This document shows, piece by piece, positions 1 to 13,040 of a stretch of DNA of 64,000 nucleotides. Made by a program: the position numbers and the translations under genes. Every line of letters starts with the position of its first letter. Position 1 is the stretch's first letter. The notes beneath the pieces were generated by a model that worked only from the letters and a program-made list of their open reading frames with translations, was not told the origin of the DNA and ran no database searches. The DNA lies in assembly GCF_018977255.1 (NCBI RefSeq), contig NW_024704743.1, forward strand, positions 71,550,001 through 71,614,000, in the 5' to 3' direction. The stretch comes from Callorhinchus milii (Eukaryota).

Positions 1-289
1 ATTCGTGGAGTCTGATAATGGGGAAATCCCATGATCAGTTAGCGGTGCCAGGTGGTAAGATGTACCAGATGGTGGAGAATCACAAACTCTTAACTTATCA
101 AAGCTGGTAACTTTATCAAAGAATAGTAGAATACTTCAGCACATATTTCACCTCATAGTTATGCAGAACCTTTGGAAGAGCTAACACAAGATCACAAGAG
201 AAGTTCGGTTGAAGAATAATCTTTGGCCAATTTTATCTCATCTTTCCAGAATATCCACTCTACCAATCTCCCATTACAGCATCAAATTA

Positions 290-660
290 TTTTTCAAACA
301 AGTCCGGTGACCTGGCCTCAACCATCCTTCCAGTCCCATTCCAGCTGTGAATTATGACTTCTACGCCCTGAATAGTGTTTGAGTTACTGAAGAACAGAAC
401 TGCCAATATGGGCTCCATGACAGACTGAGTCAGGAAGCAGTCATGCACTACATTGACAGGATCAGAGTCCTTCCCACCTGGGTATTCATATTTTATGTTG
501 GGCTGAATGAACCCCCCTATCACTGCTACTTTCTTTTTCTTACACACACTCCGGAATATTATTGTAAAATGACAAGTTGTTGTCCCTATATTGGCCTGGT
601 TGTCGAAAGCACATCCCATTGATTAGTCTGTCCCAGTTCTTGTTGAAGACTTCTAACCAG
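290..660 (-). mobile_element. Degenerate CR1-like LINE ORF2 endonuclease fragment
   Basis: ORF 287..619 contains VIGGFIQPNI...VVHDCFLTQSVMEP, resembling the CR1 GDFN...DCFLxQxVxEP motif. Confidence 0.55.
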
Positions 661-2074
661 AATATTTCATACTATGATTGATCCTGTGATGTTGACTCAA
701 CTACCTTTACTTGCATGTGTCCTTTACATCTATGGAAACCCCTCCACCTTTCCTATAAAGCGCTTTGAGAAGTCTCAAAGGCGTGATAAGGCACTATTTC
801 AAATGCAAGGATTATTATTATTATTATTAGGAACGTCCATCATCTTGCTTCAGTTATATCTCTGTGATTCCTACTATACCGTAATCACCAGTTGCCACAA
901 TACCACCATTTCATTTCAAATTCTTCCAGCATTTATGTGTATACATGTAAATTTACTCTTAAACTTTCCTGTCTGGTTACCTGGTCTCACTATGTGGGGC
1001 TTTTCTGAGATCTTTTCATTTTAGATAACTCCCTTCTTTTGGATTGATTTTTATTCTTAAATTCAACTTTTCCTATCTGTTCTCCATGATCAACAGGGAT
1101 GATCTCCTTCTTATTTACTTTGGCATTCTCCCTCCAATTCCCCCTTTGAATGAAATGCAATTACTGCTTTTTTATTCTATGCCAAGAGTTTTAGCTCTCC
1201 TTTTAGTTGAATGAAAACCATCTTTCTCATACATTGTGTGTACTAGAAAAAAATGGAATGATTCATGAATTTGCACGTCAACTTAACTGTTTAGTCCCAT
1301 TATCCTGCCTTTTCCTCCATATCTTTTCTATTTTTCCATTTCAAGTATTTCTTAATTCTCTTTTAAAAGCTATTAATGGATTCTGCCTCAACCAATAATA
1401 CATTTGTTTTAAATAAAGTCCTCTAGCATTTTGCTTTGTTTTTGATGAGGTAGCTGAGAGATGGATGGAGAATCACCTCGCTGTGGGATTAAATGACCCT
1501 GAAGCTTCAGTTACAAGTATCACAGTTTTCAATTAAGGTTAGAGAAAATCTTGATGGTTTGATTACAAAGGATTTACTCAGTATTTATAATGGTTTCACT
1601 GTAATGTGCTGTTCTTATATGTTAAAAGTCTGGGATTTCAGCCTTCTTGAACAGATGTCTGCAGGCTAACATCTAAAGGCAGCATCAACTGACTGAACCA
1701 TAATATGTAAATCAACTGAATGCATCAGTCAATTTTTAAAATTCTAGTGGTGGTGTTCAGACCTCATAAAAAATTTATGAAATGTGCAAAAAATAAAAAT
1801 CATGCCAGTTACATATTCCACTGCCTTAAAGAGTGGAGCTACTTAGTTCTAACTCACAATGTGGTTAAGGGGAAATACCATTAAAATGGAAGGCAAGGTA
1901 TATTAATCTAAAACATTCGCCTGAGCTGAATTTAGACTCACTGAATTCAGTGTCATGCATTTTCTGTGAAAAACATGTCTTAACGATAAGAGTTGTTAAA
2001 ATAAATTAATCTGACATATGTAGATTGGACGCATGGACCTCTCAGGTTAAGGCTCACTCCCACAGCCAGTTTTT

Positions 2075-2393
2075 AATAATAATAATAATAATCCTTGCAT
2101 TTGATATAGCGCTTTTCACATCAGGAGGACGTCCCAAAGCGCTTCACAGAACACACTGTAAAGTGAATTGACTGTATATTTGTGGGCGAACGCGGCAGCC
2201 AATTGCACACAGCAATGTCCCACAAACAGTCGTAGATTGAAAATGACCAATTTATTATTGTCTTTGGTTTTGGAGGGATTATTATTAGGCGTGTGGAGTA
2301 AGGAAACTTGCCCAAGGTTTCACCCTGCCTGGAATTGAACTCAGATCTCTTGCTTGCAAAGCGAGTGCTCTAACCACTAAGCTACAGGACTCT
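2075..2393 (-). mobile_element. Young tRNA-Ala-headed SINE, short variant
   Basis: tRNA-like head (agtcctgtagct..gttagagcactcgctttgcaagc..gttcaattcc), Deu-like body, L2-like tail and (ATT)n end; highly similar to 20199-20523. Confidence 0.9.
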
Positions 2394-3289
2394 ACTGTAT
2401 TTTAGGAATTGATTGGAAAATATGATGTTTCATAACAGAGTCGGTAATATTTTTAATTATTCATTGTACTCTGTGTTCCCTATATCAAGTATTATGCAGC
2501 TACATAAGCAACAACAACAAAGTTACATTTGTATAGCGCCTTTCACATCGGGAAGACGTCCCAAGCAAGCCTGTTATGCTGCAAAGGGCTGAAGAGTAAT
2601 ATTTTAATCAACAGCAAATCATGATACAATGAATTATGGGAAGATTATACTGTAAAAGCAAGTCAATTGGACCAAATGTGAAAATGAACAATATTTTATT
2701 AACGAATGTATGTGAAGGAATGCAAAAGAAACATATTGCTTGATCTGACTAATAAAAGCAATTCAAGGCTATGAAAAGCACATATTCCTCAGTGTAGCAA
2801 ATCACAATGAGTCATGCATAACTCGATGGAGCATATACGGGCATGTAGCAGAGGAATCGTTCAATGATGATCCTCATTGCGGTAAACTACTTACAATTCT
2901 TTCCTGAATGCACAAAAGCAGGTTATGAATATATTGAAATTGACAACATTTGGAATATTAGGCATAAAGCTGGAAATTTTCATTTGCTGCTTACTTATGA
3001 GTGGGCTCTGCTGAAAATTCCTGATCACCAAATCCAGATTGCATCATATTAACCTCTGCAGAATAAAGGGAATAAGACAGATGCTTCCAAAGTACAAATA
3101 TTAAAAACCATGGGGAGTGATTAGGAGAGTAGAATTAGATCAGGTAGTTCATGCTAAAGACCTGAAGAGCTGAATGACCTGTTTCTTTGCTGTAACTTTC
3201 TATCTGGTAACATAAAGTGATTGACTGAAGCATAGCAGCAGGATAACATACATACGCAGGAACACATTGGGGTTTCTCATCCCACATTA

Positions 3290-3660
3290 GGACTCATTGA
3301 GCTCATAGTCTAGACTGACACTCCAATGCAGTTCTGGGGAAGCGCTTCTTTGTTGGGGTTGCCTTCAGATGATGTGTAAACCTGAAGTCCTGCCCGCCTG
3401 TTCAGATGGAAGTTAAAGATCCCATAGCATTATTTGAAAAGTGAAGGCAATTTCTCCTGGTGTTCTATTCAAGAATACTCCAGATTAATTGAGCATTCAT
3501 TTATAGCTGTTAATGGATGCAAATGTTTGCTACGTTTGGCAGACATTTGCATCGACTAACAGCTATAAACGAATGACCAATTAATCTGTCATTGCACTTG
3601 TAGCAATTTGGAGATATTTTGTTGTGCTAAGGCACTTTCAAAAGACACATTGCTTTCTTT
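3290..3660 (+). mobile_element. Old DeuSINE (SacSINE1-like) copy
   Basis: gactgacactccaatgcag...cctgttcagatggaagttaaagatcccatagcattatttg body shared with other copies in the window. Confidence 0.65.
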
Positions 3661-4836
3661 AAGATGTTTTATGTAGAACTCAATAGTTGTTCTGATTTTT
3701 GCAAAACCTTAGACATGTTTTAGAAATACCTTAGACATACTTTAGAAATACAATACCTAAGCTATCATGGGTGTTTAGGGATATTGTGTGCACAAATTAA
3801 TTGCCATGTCTGCCCACAAATACAGTCACTACATTTGATAAGAATGACCTCTATAAGACTTTTCCACGTGATAAGTCTAAATCAAATGCAAGGATTATTA
3901 ATTTCTATTATCATTGTGTTTGCCACATCCTTCACAACCATTACGTTCAAATAAGGTCTTCCTACATCCACAAGACATATTCTCCCAATTTTGCCTATTG
4001 CCTTTATCATCTCTTTAATGTCTCCTACTCTCAGTCTGCCTTTTCCTCATCTCAGACATATTCTCATTTTCATTCTATCCCTAAGAACTGTGATCCTCTT
4101 AACCTTCAAACTACTCTCTTCTGTACTACTATTACATCTCGGATTTCTAACATTATGGAGGCTGCTAACCATTCTCAAATTATTCAATATTCTGAAAGCT
4201 CTGGGCAGAAGTAAGAATTGTATCATGGTTGCTAAATTGCTAACTTTTTGACAGGGGTACTTACCTCTGGACCTCTCCTCTATTTTTGTTCAAAAAGTAA
4301 TTCTTCCTTTTTTCATCTCTTTTCTCCCCTCTCCTGAAGACATTAGACTTATTTTTCCTTTCCACTGGAGAACTGTCCCACTGGATAGAGCCACCCTGAG
4401 GTACCTTGCCTAATTGATAATTGTTCATATGTGGGCCTGGAAATTGACACTGAATTTTGGCAAATTATTAACTTCCTTCACCTAAAGGTCAATAAAACTG
4501 AAACCACTGTGTTTGGTTCTCGACAGTACTTTCTTGCCTCTGGCTTTGACTCCATCTATTTCCCCAGTTGTTCGTCCAGGCTAAAGTACGCTATCCTGGC
4601 ATTCTGGACTACCTTACAACATGAAAGGCACTATATAAACGTAATTTGTTATTCTTGTTTGAACCCCATTATTAACACTATTTTTTAAACTCCGGAACAA
4701 CGGCCCCACAATGCCCTTTCCTCACCTACTCTGCTGCAGAAGCCCTCATTTTGCTTGATCAACCAGATGTGTGACACACACAGAAACTATCTCCATATTA
4801 AGAGTATCCAAACCAGACAGGAAATTCCAGATATTT

Positions 4837-5218
4837 GGAGTCCTGGACTGTAATGGTTAGCAAGCTCATTTCGCAAACAAGAGGATGAAGTGACGGCAAA
4901 ACCTTAGACAAGTTCTTTATCCACATGCCTCTGTTTACCTAGCAGTAAGTAGGAACCCAGTTGTGAATTGATTGGGGATAATAATACTTCAAAAAAAAAC
5001 ATTTGATCATTCAATCCACAACTGTTTGTGGATCACTGCTGTGCCCAATTAGCTGCTGCGTTTCGCCCACAAAATTCCACTTTACAATATATTCTGTGGA
5101 GCACTTTTCAGCGCCTTGGGACGTCCTCCCGACGTGAAAGGTACTCTATAAATGGAATCTTGTTGTTGTTGTTATTGTTGTAACCTCTCAATATCAAATT
5201 CAAGGATTATTAATATTA
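4837..5218 (+). mobile_element. tRNA-SINE long variant whose tail is interrupted by an L2 3' terminus (5109-5180)
   Basis: Degenerate head, gcctctgtttacctagcagtaa segment, then L2 tail with (TTG)n, then residual SINE tail atatcaaattcaaggattatt. Confidence 0.75.
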
Positions 5219-8056
5219 TATTTGTGCCAGTCACTGTAATCTTGTGTCTGGAATTGAATGCGTTTTCTCTCCCTGGAGCTCATCAACAGGACTCGGAAGG
5301 GCAGGCATGTCACTGTGATTCTTCCCACATAGCTCCTAATATCCCTGCAAACTAGAGCTCTAATCTGTAGGATGTTTCTTGCTGGAACGCAGGAAAAATT
5401 CTCATTCATGCCTTTATCACCTCAAGAATGGATTTCACCCATGCTCTCCAACTCGATCATCCTTGCTCCAACGTCTACAAGATCCAACTCATCCAACCTG
5501 TGTTTTCTGCATTTTTCCCTACACAAGGCTCTACATACTCTACATACTCTACATTTCTCCCATCCTCTGTCAGGTTCCACTGGCTCCCAATACCTGACAG
5601 TTTGCCTTTAAAATCCTCATCTTGATCTTCGAATCCCTTCACAAATTTATTCCTCTCAATTCAATCAAAATCTTAAATTTTGTTTATTCACCTGCCATAC
5701 CCTCCACTCTCCTAATTCTGATGTAAGCTTTAAGCCAATATTTTCTTACCTGCTACAACTCTTTCAAATGAGACTTCAAAGTGATAACCCGTCTCCTTAT
5801 TTTCAGGTGGATGTTGAAGATCCCATAATATTATTTGGAAAGGGAAAATAGTTTATTTTGTTGTTCAGTCTAACAATCTCAAAGAGTAACATTAACCTCA
5901 TGGCTATTTGCAGGACCTTAAGTGGGAAATAGTTATTATTTGCCTTTAGAAAATGGTCACGACCCTTCAAAGTTCTTGTGAAAGCTTTCAGCCATTTTAG
6001 TTGATTCAATAATCAGCTTTCATCTGATTGAATAATCTGAAAAGGCGCTACATCAAATGCAAGGATTATTCTTTCTATAACTCTCTTCCAAAATCTTTTT
6101 GGCTTGTTTCTTCACTCCCTGCCTTACAAACCTAATGCTCCTTTTTCAATCTCAATACTTCCTGTCTACATGTTAAGTGCTTTGAGGTTTTCAGTCGAAG
6201 TGAAAAATAATGTAAAAGTGCAAGTTGTTGTGAGATGGAAAGATCTCATCCAATCATATATTCTGGAGGGTTAATAAAGCCCACACTTGGTATTGCTTAG
6301 ACATTTATTTTTAAATTACTTTAACTTTTCACTACTCTTTTCTGCCTTGGCAGTGTATTTGCACTTTGGTTCTGAATTTTGAAAAAAAAGTTACATAAAA
6401 ACAATATAAAGCAATTTTACTCTTATTAGAAGCTTGTAAGATTCAACAATGACTTCAGTGTTGGTACGGTTTCAGGAAAGGAGAACTAAGCCACCACAAT
6501 ATACTTCCCACTTGAGTCCAGAGGAGATTCAAGAGCTGCACCATGTTTCTATGGACTATTGTGACCCACCCATAAAATCTTTGTAAATATAATATAATCC
6601 CTAATTTTTTGTTGAGACGTTACATTTGACGTGGGACTAACAGTGGTACAGTTTTGACTATATAGCTGTGCAGTTTCCCTTACAGCTTCACACTAGCAGC
6701 AAGTAATAAAATCATACCAGCAATCATAAAAACATCACTATTTTGCTACAGGTATTGATTCGATTTGAGGACAGCAGCAGAGAGTTATTGACCTGAGGGT
6801 TGCAAGAATAACAGGTTTTTTAATGCCTAAAATCACAAAATTGAGGAGATTATTGCATAGCAGTGTAGTGTGAACTGTAGGTCCACTTTACAGTCTGAAT
6901 CCGATGTTTGACTTTACAGTCTGAAAGCTGTCCGTGGTCTGTTTTATTACAGAGATAATATACTCTAAATAGCACATTATCTTCTGCAGTTTTTAAAACA
7001 TTTATCTTGGAGTTACCTTCCAGATTTGTCTAATCTACTTTCCTACTCATGATGGTGGCGAGCACGATAAAAGCCACCCTTCATTTAGACGTCTCAACTA
7101 AAAATAAACTTGAACATAAAGCCATTTTTTAAAAATCCAGATGAAAACTTGGATTGATGGTGATGGAGATTAAAAACCAGCAATTATCCGGCAGCAATCA
7201 TCGGCAGGTCTGGATTGCAATTTAGGGTGCAGGAATTTGATCAGGTTTATGTCAATCCATGCTGGTGAACTTGAAAGGGCTAAACCTTTTTTCTGCTTTG
7301 TCCTGTTCTATTGCTTACTGAGGTTAATTCCAGAAGATAATTATGTACAAATATCAGGAGGAAAGTATTTCTTCCACAATATGACTCTTCAACTTCAGAA
7401 GCCCTGGGAGCATGGGTTCTTAAATAATAACTCTTTGCATTTAATATAGCACCTTTCACCACAGCAATACATCTCAAAGTGCTTCACAGGATTCAGTGTA
7501 AAGTGTAGTGGATGTGTTCTTTATAAGCAAACACAGCAACTAATTTGCACACAGCAATATCTTACAGATAGCCATTGAGTAAATAGCCATTTTTATTATT
7601 TGGGGGTATTCAACCTACAACTGGAGTGTCAACCTACAGCGGCCAGGTAGTTTGCAATTTTTTTTCACAAGCTCAATGTCCCAATGTGGGGCTTGAACCC
7701 AAAAACTTCTGTCTCATAGACAAGAGTGCTACCAAATGAGGTCAGGCTCACACCATGAGCATAACTTTCAAAAATGTGAAGCATTAGGAAGATTTCATGG
7801 TGATTGAAGTATTTAGAACATAACTGGCCAAAACAGATATGCTTTAATTTTATAAAGCATTCCAGAATATGCTTAATGGTTTACAATAATTTTCTTAGGA
7901 ATGTTCAGACAAGGACTAAAAAAGACCATCTGGGTACTCACAATATTAATTAATTACTAAATAAATAAATTACTAAATAAATCAATACTTTTTTTAAAAT
8001 TAAACAGTCCTCCACTACTCTAAGAACAAAATATAGTGTATTTCATGTAGGGTGAC

Positions 8057-8452
8057 AACAACAACAACAAAATTATATTTATATAGCGCCTTTCACATCG
8101 GGAGGACGTCCTAAGACGCTGGACAGAGTTACGGACCCGAGCTGAGGGTTGGGGTGTGGAGGGCAGGAGGGGAAGCAGGGAGATCGAAAGTTCAGTCAAA
8201 GAGGAGGGTCTTGAGGTAGGTCTTGAAGGTGGTGAGAGAGGGGGCGAGACTGAGGGACTGTGGGATGGAGTTCCAGAGGGTGGGGCTAGAGTGGTGGACC
8301 CGCCAATAGTGGGACGAGCAAGTAGGGGGACATGAAGCAGGCCAGAGCCCACTGAGCGGAGGGAGCAAACAGGATAGTAGGGGGTTAGGAGGTCGGAGAG
8401 ATAGGGGGGAGCAAGACCATGGAGGGCTTTGAAAGTGACAAGAATGATGGGC
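8057..8452 (-). mobile_element. L2 LINE 3' fragment
   Basis: Encodes ILVTFKALHGLAPPYLSDLL...LWNSIP..FKTYLKTLLF (L2 ORF2 C-terminus); 3' stem-loop and (TTG)n tail. Confidence 0.85.
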
Positions 8453-10149
8453 ACCTCTCATCTACCCCAATTGAATTCTGATGCTGCACTGAATTGGTTA
8501 CCACAATCTGCCTTCACAGCTGCCCTTGTAATCAATGTTGTATATTCACCACTCTCTGTGAAAAATAATTAATTCCTGTCTAAGTTAATTTTCTCATCCA
8601 AACGTTTCCCATGGATTGTTTTCTTGATTTCCATTCTAAAGAGATTGCACAACGTTTGGAGTACTATTAATGGCATAGTGTGAAGTGACAAAGAACAAGG
8701 CAATCTAGCAATGCTTTTCAGCTCAATGCCCTATGGAAAATTAAACCTCAGTGGATGAAACAGCGTGATAGATTTCAAAGGTTGAGTACTTCATATTTTA
8801 TTTACTGGCATGAAGCACACTTCACACCAAAATAAGCATCTACAAGCACATTTTCATGCTTTGCTGGCATGTTCTTTTTTTACCTCATTAGAATATCGTT
8901 GAGGCTCAATATCTTTTATAATAATAATCATTTCATTTGATGCAGCATCTTTCATGTCGGGAGGATGCCTCAAAGCATTTCACAGAATGTAGTGTAAAGC
9001 ATGATGACTGTATTTTTGTTAGCGAATGCAACAGTTAGTTTGCACACAGCAATGTCCCACAAACAACCATGAATTGAATGACCAATTCTATTTGGGGGTT
9101 GTTGGCTAGCACACCGGGAAAATTCTGGTGATAGCACAATAACAACTTGCATTTACATAGCATCCTAAACATGGGGTGCTAAATCGTCACCAGAGTGAAT
9201 CCTTTGAAGCTCTTTGAGACGACCTCTTCACATTAAAGGCATAATTTGCTATATCAAATGCAAGGATTATTATTGATTATTATAATTAAAATCCCACCTT
9301 CTCTTTTCAAACAATGCTGTGGGATATTCCACATCCAATGATGTACAGAGCCTTGGTTTAATATCTCATCCAAAAGACAGGACCTCCAACAACGCAGAAA
9401 CCCTCCAAGAAACTGAACTGTAGTGTCAGCTAGTGTATGATCAAATGTATCAATTTAATAGGGTTTAAACCTACAACCTTCTGACCCAGAGGCAAGATTG
9501 CCACCAGTGAAGCCAAATTGATTTACAATGGTTGAAACAGTTGAGTTAACTCAGATGCTACATTAATTCTGCTTCAAATATCTCCAAATCTCATTTGCAG
9601 TAGCAAACTGGGAGGAAAGATAGAATGTGATGCTTATTATTGTGTATTGTGTATATTGTGAAATGCTAAGCAAACAGCTCTCTGTAGTCACATAAGCAGA
9701 TCATATTCCCTTCATCATTAGACATTTCTATTTACATTTTGTAATTCAATATTGACATTTTTCAGTTAAGAAATATAAATTCTATTGTTAAGTGTGACAG
9801 AATGTATTAATGACGCATGTAAATGAGAGCTAAACAAATATCAAATCACACAAAGTTTTACTGTGCGCAACCTCTACATGTTTAGTAATGAAAGCAATGG
9901 AAAACTATCAAATGTTGGTGAAGAAATTACAATATATCAGATATTACATAAATTTATCAACAATAAAATATAATGGTTTTCAATAGAATTATAAAAGGTA
10001 GCTCATTTTCAGTTTTTAAAAATATTTGACGGTTAATACTGCCTTTTTTTTAGATTTTTAGCAATTGTTTCTACAACAGAATTGGCCGACTTCCAGGTCG
10101 AAAGGTAGCCATGGTTGTCACATACTGAGCTCCACCACTGCTTCACTAG

Positions 10150-10725
10150 TCAGCCACATGTTCATCACATCTGGGCTCGACTATGCCAACTCCCTGCTTG
10201 TCGGCATCCCCAACTCTTCCCTCCACAAGCTGCAGATCATCCAGAATTCTGCAGGTCGTGTCCTCTCCCGCACCAGGCTCCATGAACCCATCACCCCCAC
10301 CCTTGCCCGGCTCCATTGGCTCCCCATCCCCCAGAGGATAGAATTCAAAATCCTTGTCCTTGCCTCCATGGCCTTGCTCCTTCCTACTTCTAAGACCTGC
10401 TAATACTATAGCAACCTGTCCGCTCCCTCCACTCAGCAGGCTGTGGCCTGTTCCATGTCCACCTCACCGGCCCGCCCAACCACTGGCGGTTGGGCCTTCA
10501 ACCTCTCTATCCCCACCCTCTGGAACTCCATCCCACATTCCCTTCACCTCGTTCCCTCCCTTGCGACTTTCAAGGCACAGTTCAAGACCCTCTTCTTCGA
10601 TCGTGCCTTCAGCCACCCGCCTACCCTCATGACCCTCCACCCTCCCTGATCAGGTCCAAATCTCTGGCTGTCCAGCTCCTTGGGATGTCCTCTCGACGTG
10701 AAATGCACTATACAAATATAATTTG
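10150..10725 (+). mobile_element. L2 LINE 3' fragment
   Basis: FITSGLDYANSLLVG...LQIIQNSAGRVL...LHWLPIPQRIEFKIL, frameshifted, followed by the L2 tail. Confidence 0.85.
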
Positions 10726-12547
10726 TATTTATATTTCTAAATTGAAAACAATAAAAACAATTAAAATCCACTGACGGAAATTTATTTACCTTGATTTTGA
10801 GAAAATTAGAAAACACGACGAATACTTATTTTATAACACAATACAAATTTACATTTATATTGCGTCTTTCACATTGGGAGGATGTCTCATGGTGCTTTTA
10901 ACCAATTACAATTTCAAACCTGGACTGGAAGGGTCTGGGTTTGAATCCCATCAGTCAATCCTTCAGCATTTTGAGATTGATAAAATTAATACCTTATATA
11001 AAAAGAACTACTTTGTGGGGGTGTTCGGAGAGTAACTAATGTCTAGCTGATCTTAACTAGTGGAAGGAAAACATTTCAAGGCTACTGTAATTCAAGGCAA
11101 ATTTTGAGGTGAAGTGGAACCTCATTTGTGAAGTCCTTGTGAAGAGAATCAATAGACTAATCTATTATTCCTTGTAATGAGCTTCACTGTTTGTGGAGTT
11201 TGGGATTTAAATCACCATCAGTTATAAATGAAAAGAAACAGCTTTGAAAATATGGTCACACCAACAACAATTTTACATTTATATAGCACCTTTCACATTG
11301 GGAGGATGTCCCAAAGTGCTTCACAGAGCCGGCTGGAGCTTAAGTTAGGGCTGAGGGGAACTGTGGAAAGAGGAGGGGAAAGATCACCAAAAACACAGTT
11401 AAAAAGAAAATTCTTCAGGCAGTCTTTAAGTGGGGGCCGCGGGGTGGGGGAAGGTGAAATTCTAGAGAGCAGACACCGAATGGTTGAGAGTTAACCCACC
11501 ACTGGTGGGGCGGGGGATGTGAAGCAGGCCGGTGTTCGCTGAATGGTGAACAGTCACATTGGTGAGTTGCCCTCAGTACTGAGATGTTTCCAAAGTGCAG
11601 CTCCACTAAAACTTGGGAATAAACAATCTCATCATCCCACTTCTTCCAAAGCAAAACTCCAACGCACAAAAGCAATTGAAAATGAAATGAGCATTGTACC
11701 ATGCGTATGTATTGAAGAAGTTAAACAGTGCTTCACAACAGTGGGTAAAATAGTCCCTTGGAGCACAAAATAAAAATAAGTCAAGTGGTTGTTAACAGAT
11801 GACAAAGAAGAAAATTGCTCATTGCCTAACCTATGAAAAAATGACCTGTAGCTGTAGCATTGGGTGTGTGTACATGTATCAAAAAACATCATTTGCTCCA
11901 CTGGACTAGCTGATGCCTTGACAGTTTTTGTATTGATCTGCTCTTGTAGGTTGGGTGTATGTAGTCGGGTTGCTGGATAAATAGGAAGCTGTCCGAGGCA
12001 GGGGCATCAGCTGTCAGTTAAGAAAGAATCAAAATGTGAAACAGTGAAGAGCTGAATGACCCAGGATGATCTGCCACCTTTTTAAAACAAACTGTAACAT
12101 AGAACTCTTGCTCCCTGGTCTTGCCTCTTTTTATTTGACCTTGTCATGTGGAGGGGTGAGGGGGGAGGGTGTTGGAAGAGGCATGACATTAATGATTCTT
12201 TCCTTGTCAATAAATTTGCCGAACTCAAGAGATTTGCATTTAAAATGGATTCTAAATTCACATCACCAAGGTTGTGACATTTATCGACCAGCGAGGAGAA
12301 ATTCCTCTTTGGCCAAGAGTTACTCTATTGATGTAATAATTCAGAGTGAATTTGGCAACATCTAAAAAATACAATCTTAATTTTGAAGCTGTTTTCTGTA
12401 AATTCCTTTAAAAACAAAGAGAAACCAGCAACAACCAGAAACCAGGGGCATTTGTATAGCGCCCCTCATGCAAGGTAGCATTCCAGATCACTCCAACTTC
12501 AAAGTTAAGACTGAATTCATCAATTCTGGAAACTTTAAATGCTACTT

Positions 12548-12863
12548 AATAATATAATAATAATCATCCTTGCATTTGATAAAGCACTTTTCACATCTAG
12601 ACGTCTCAAAGCACTTCACAGAATAGACTGTAAAGTGAATTGACTGTATATTTGTGGGCGAAGTGCCACAACCAATTGCACACAGCAATGTTCCACAAAC
12701 AGTCATGGTTTGAAATGACCAATTTATTATTGTGTTTTTCTTGAGGGATTATTATCAGGCGTGTGGAGTAAGGAAACTTGCCCAAGATTTCACCCCGCCG
12801 GGAATCAAACCCAGGTCTCTCACTTGCAAAGCGAGTGCTCTAATCACTGAGCTACACGACTCT
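12548..12863 (-). mobile_element. tRNA-Ala-headed SINE
   Basis: Same head, body and tail as the other copies. Confidence 0.88.
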
Positions 12864-12869
12864 ACATTC

Positions 12870-13040
12870 TCTCTGTCTCACACATAGACAAACATACACA
12901 GACATACACACAGACAAACACAGACACACACAGACATTCATACACAGAAACACACATACACAAAGACACACACATAGACACACACATGCACTGAGCCAGG
13001 CTGACACACACACACACACACACACACAGACACACATACA
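12870..13040. repeat. (CA)n/(CAGA)n compound microsatellite
   Basis: Seen directly. Confidence 0.9.
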
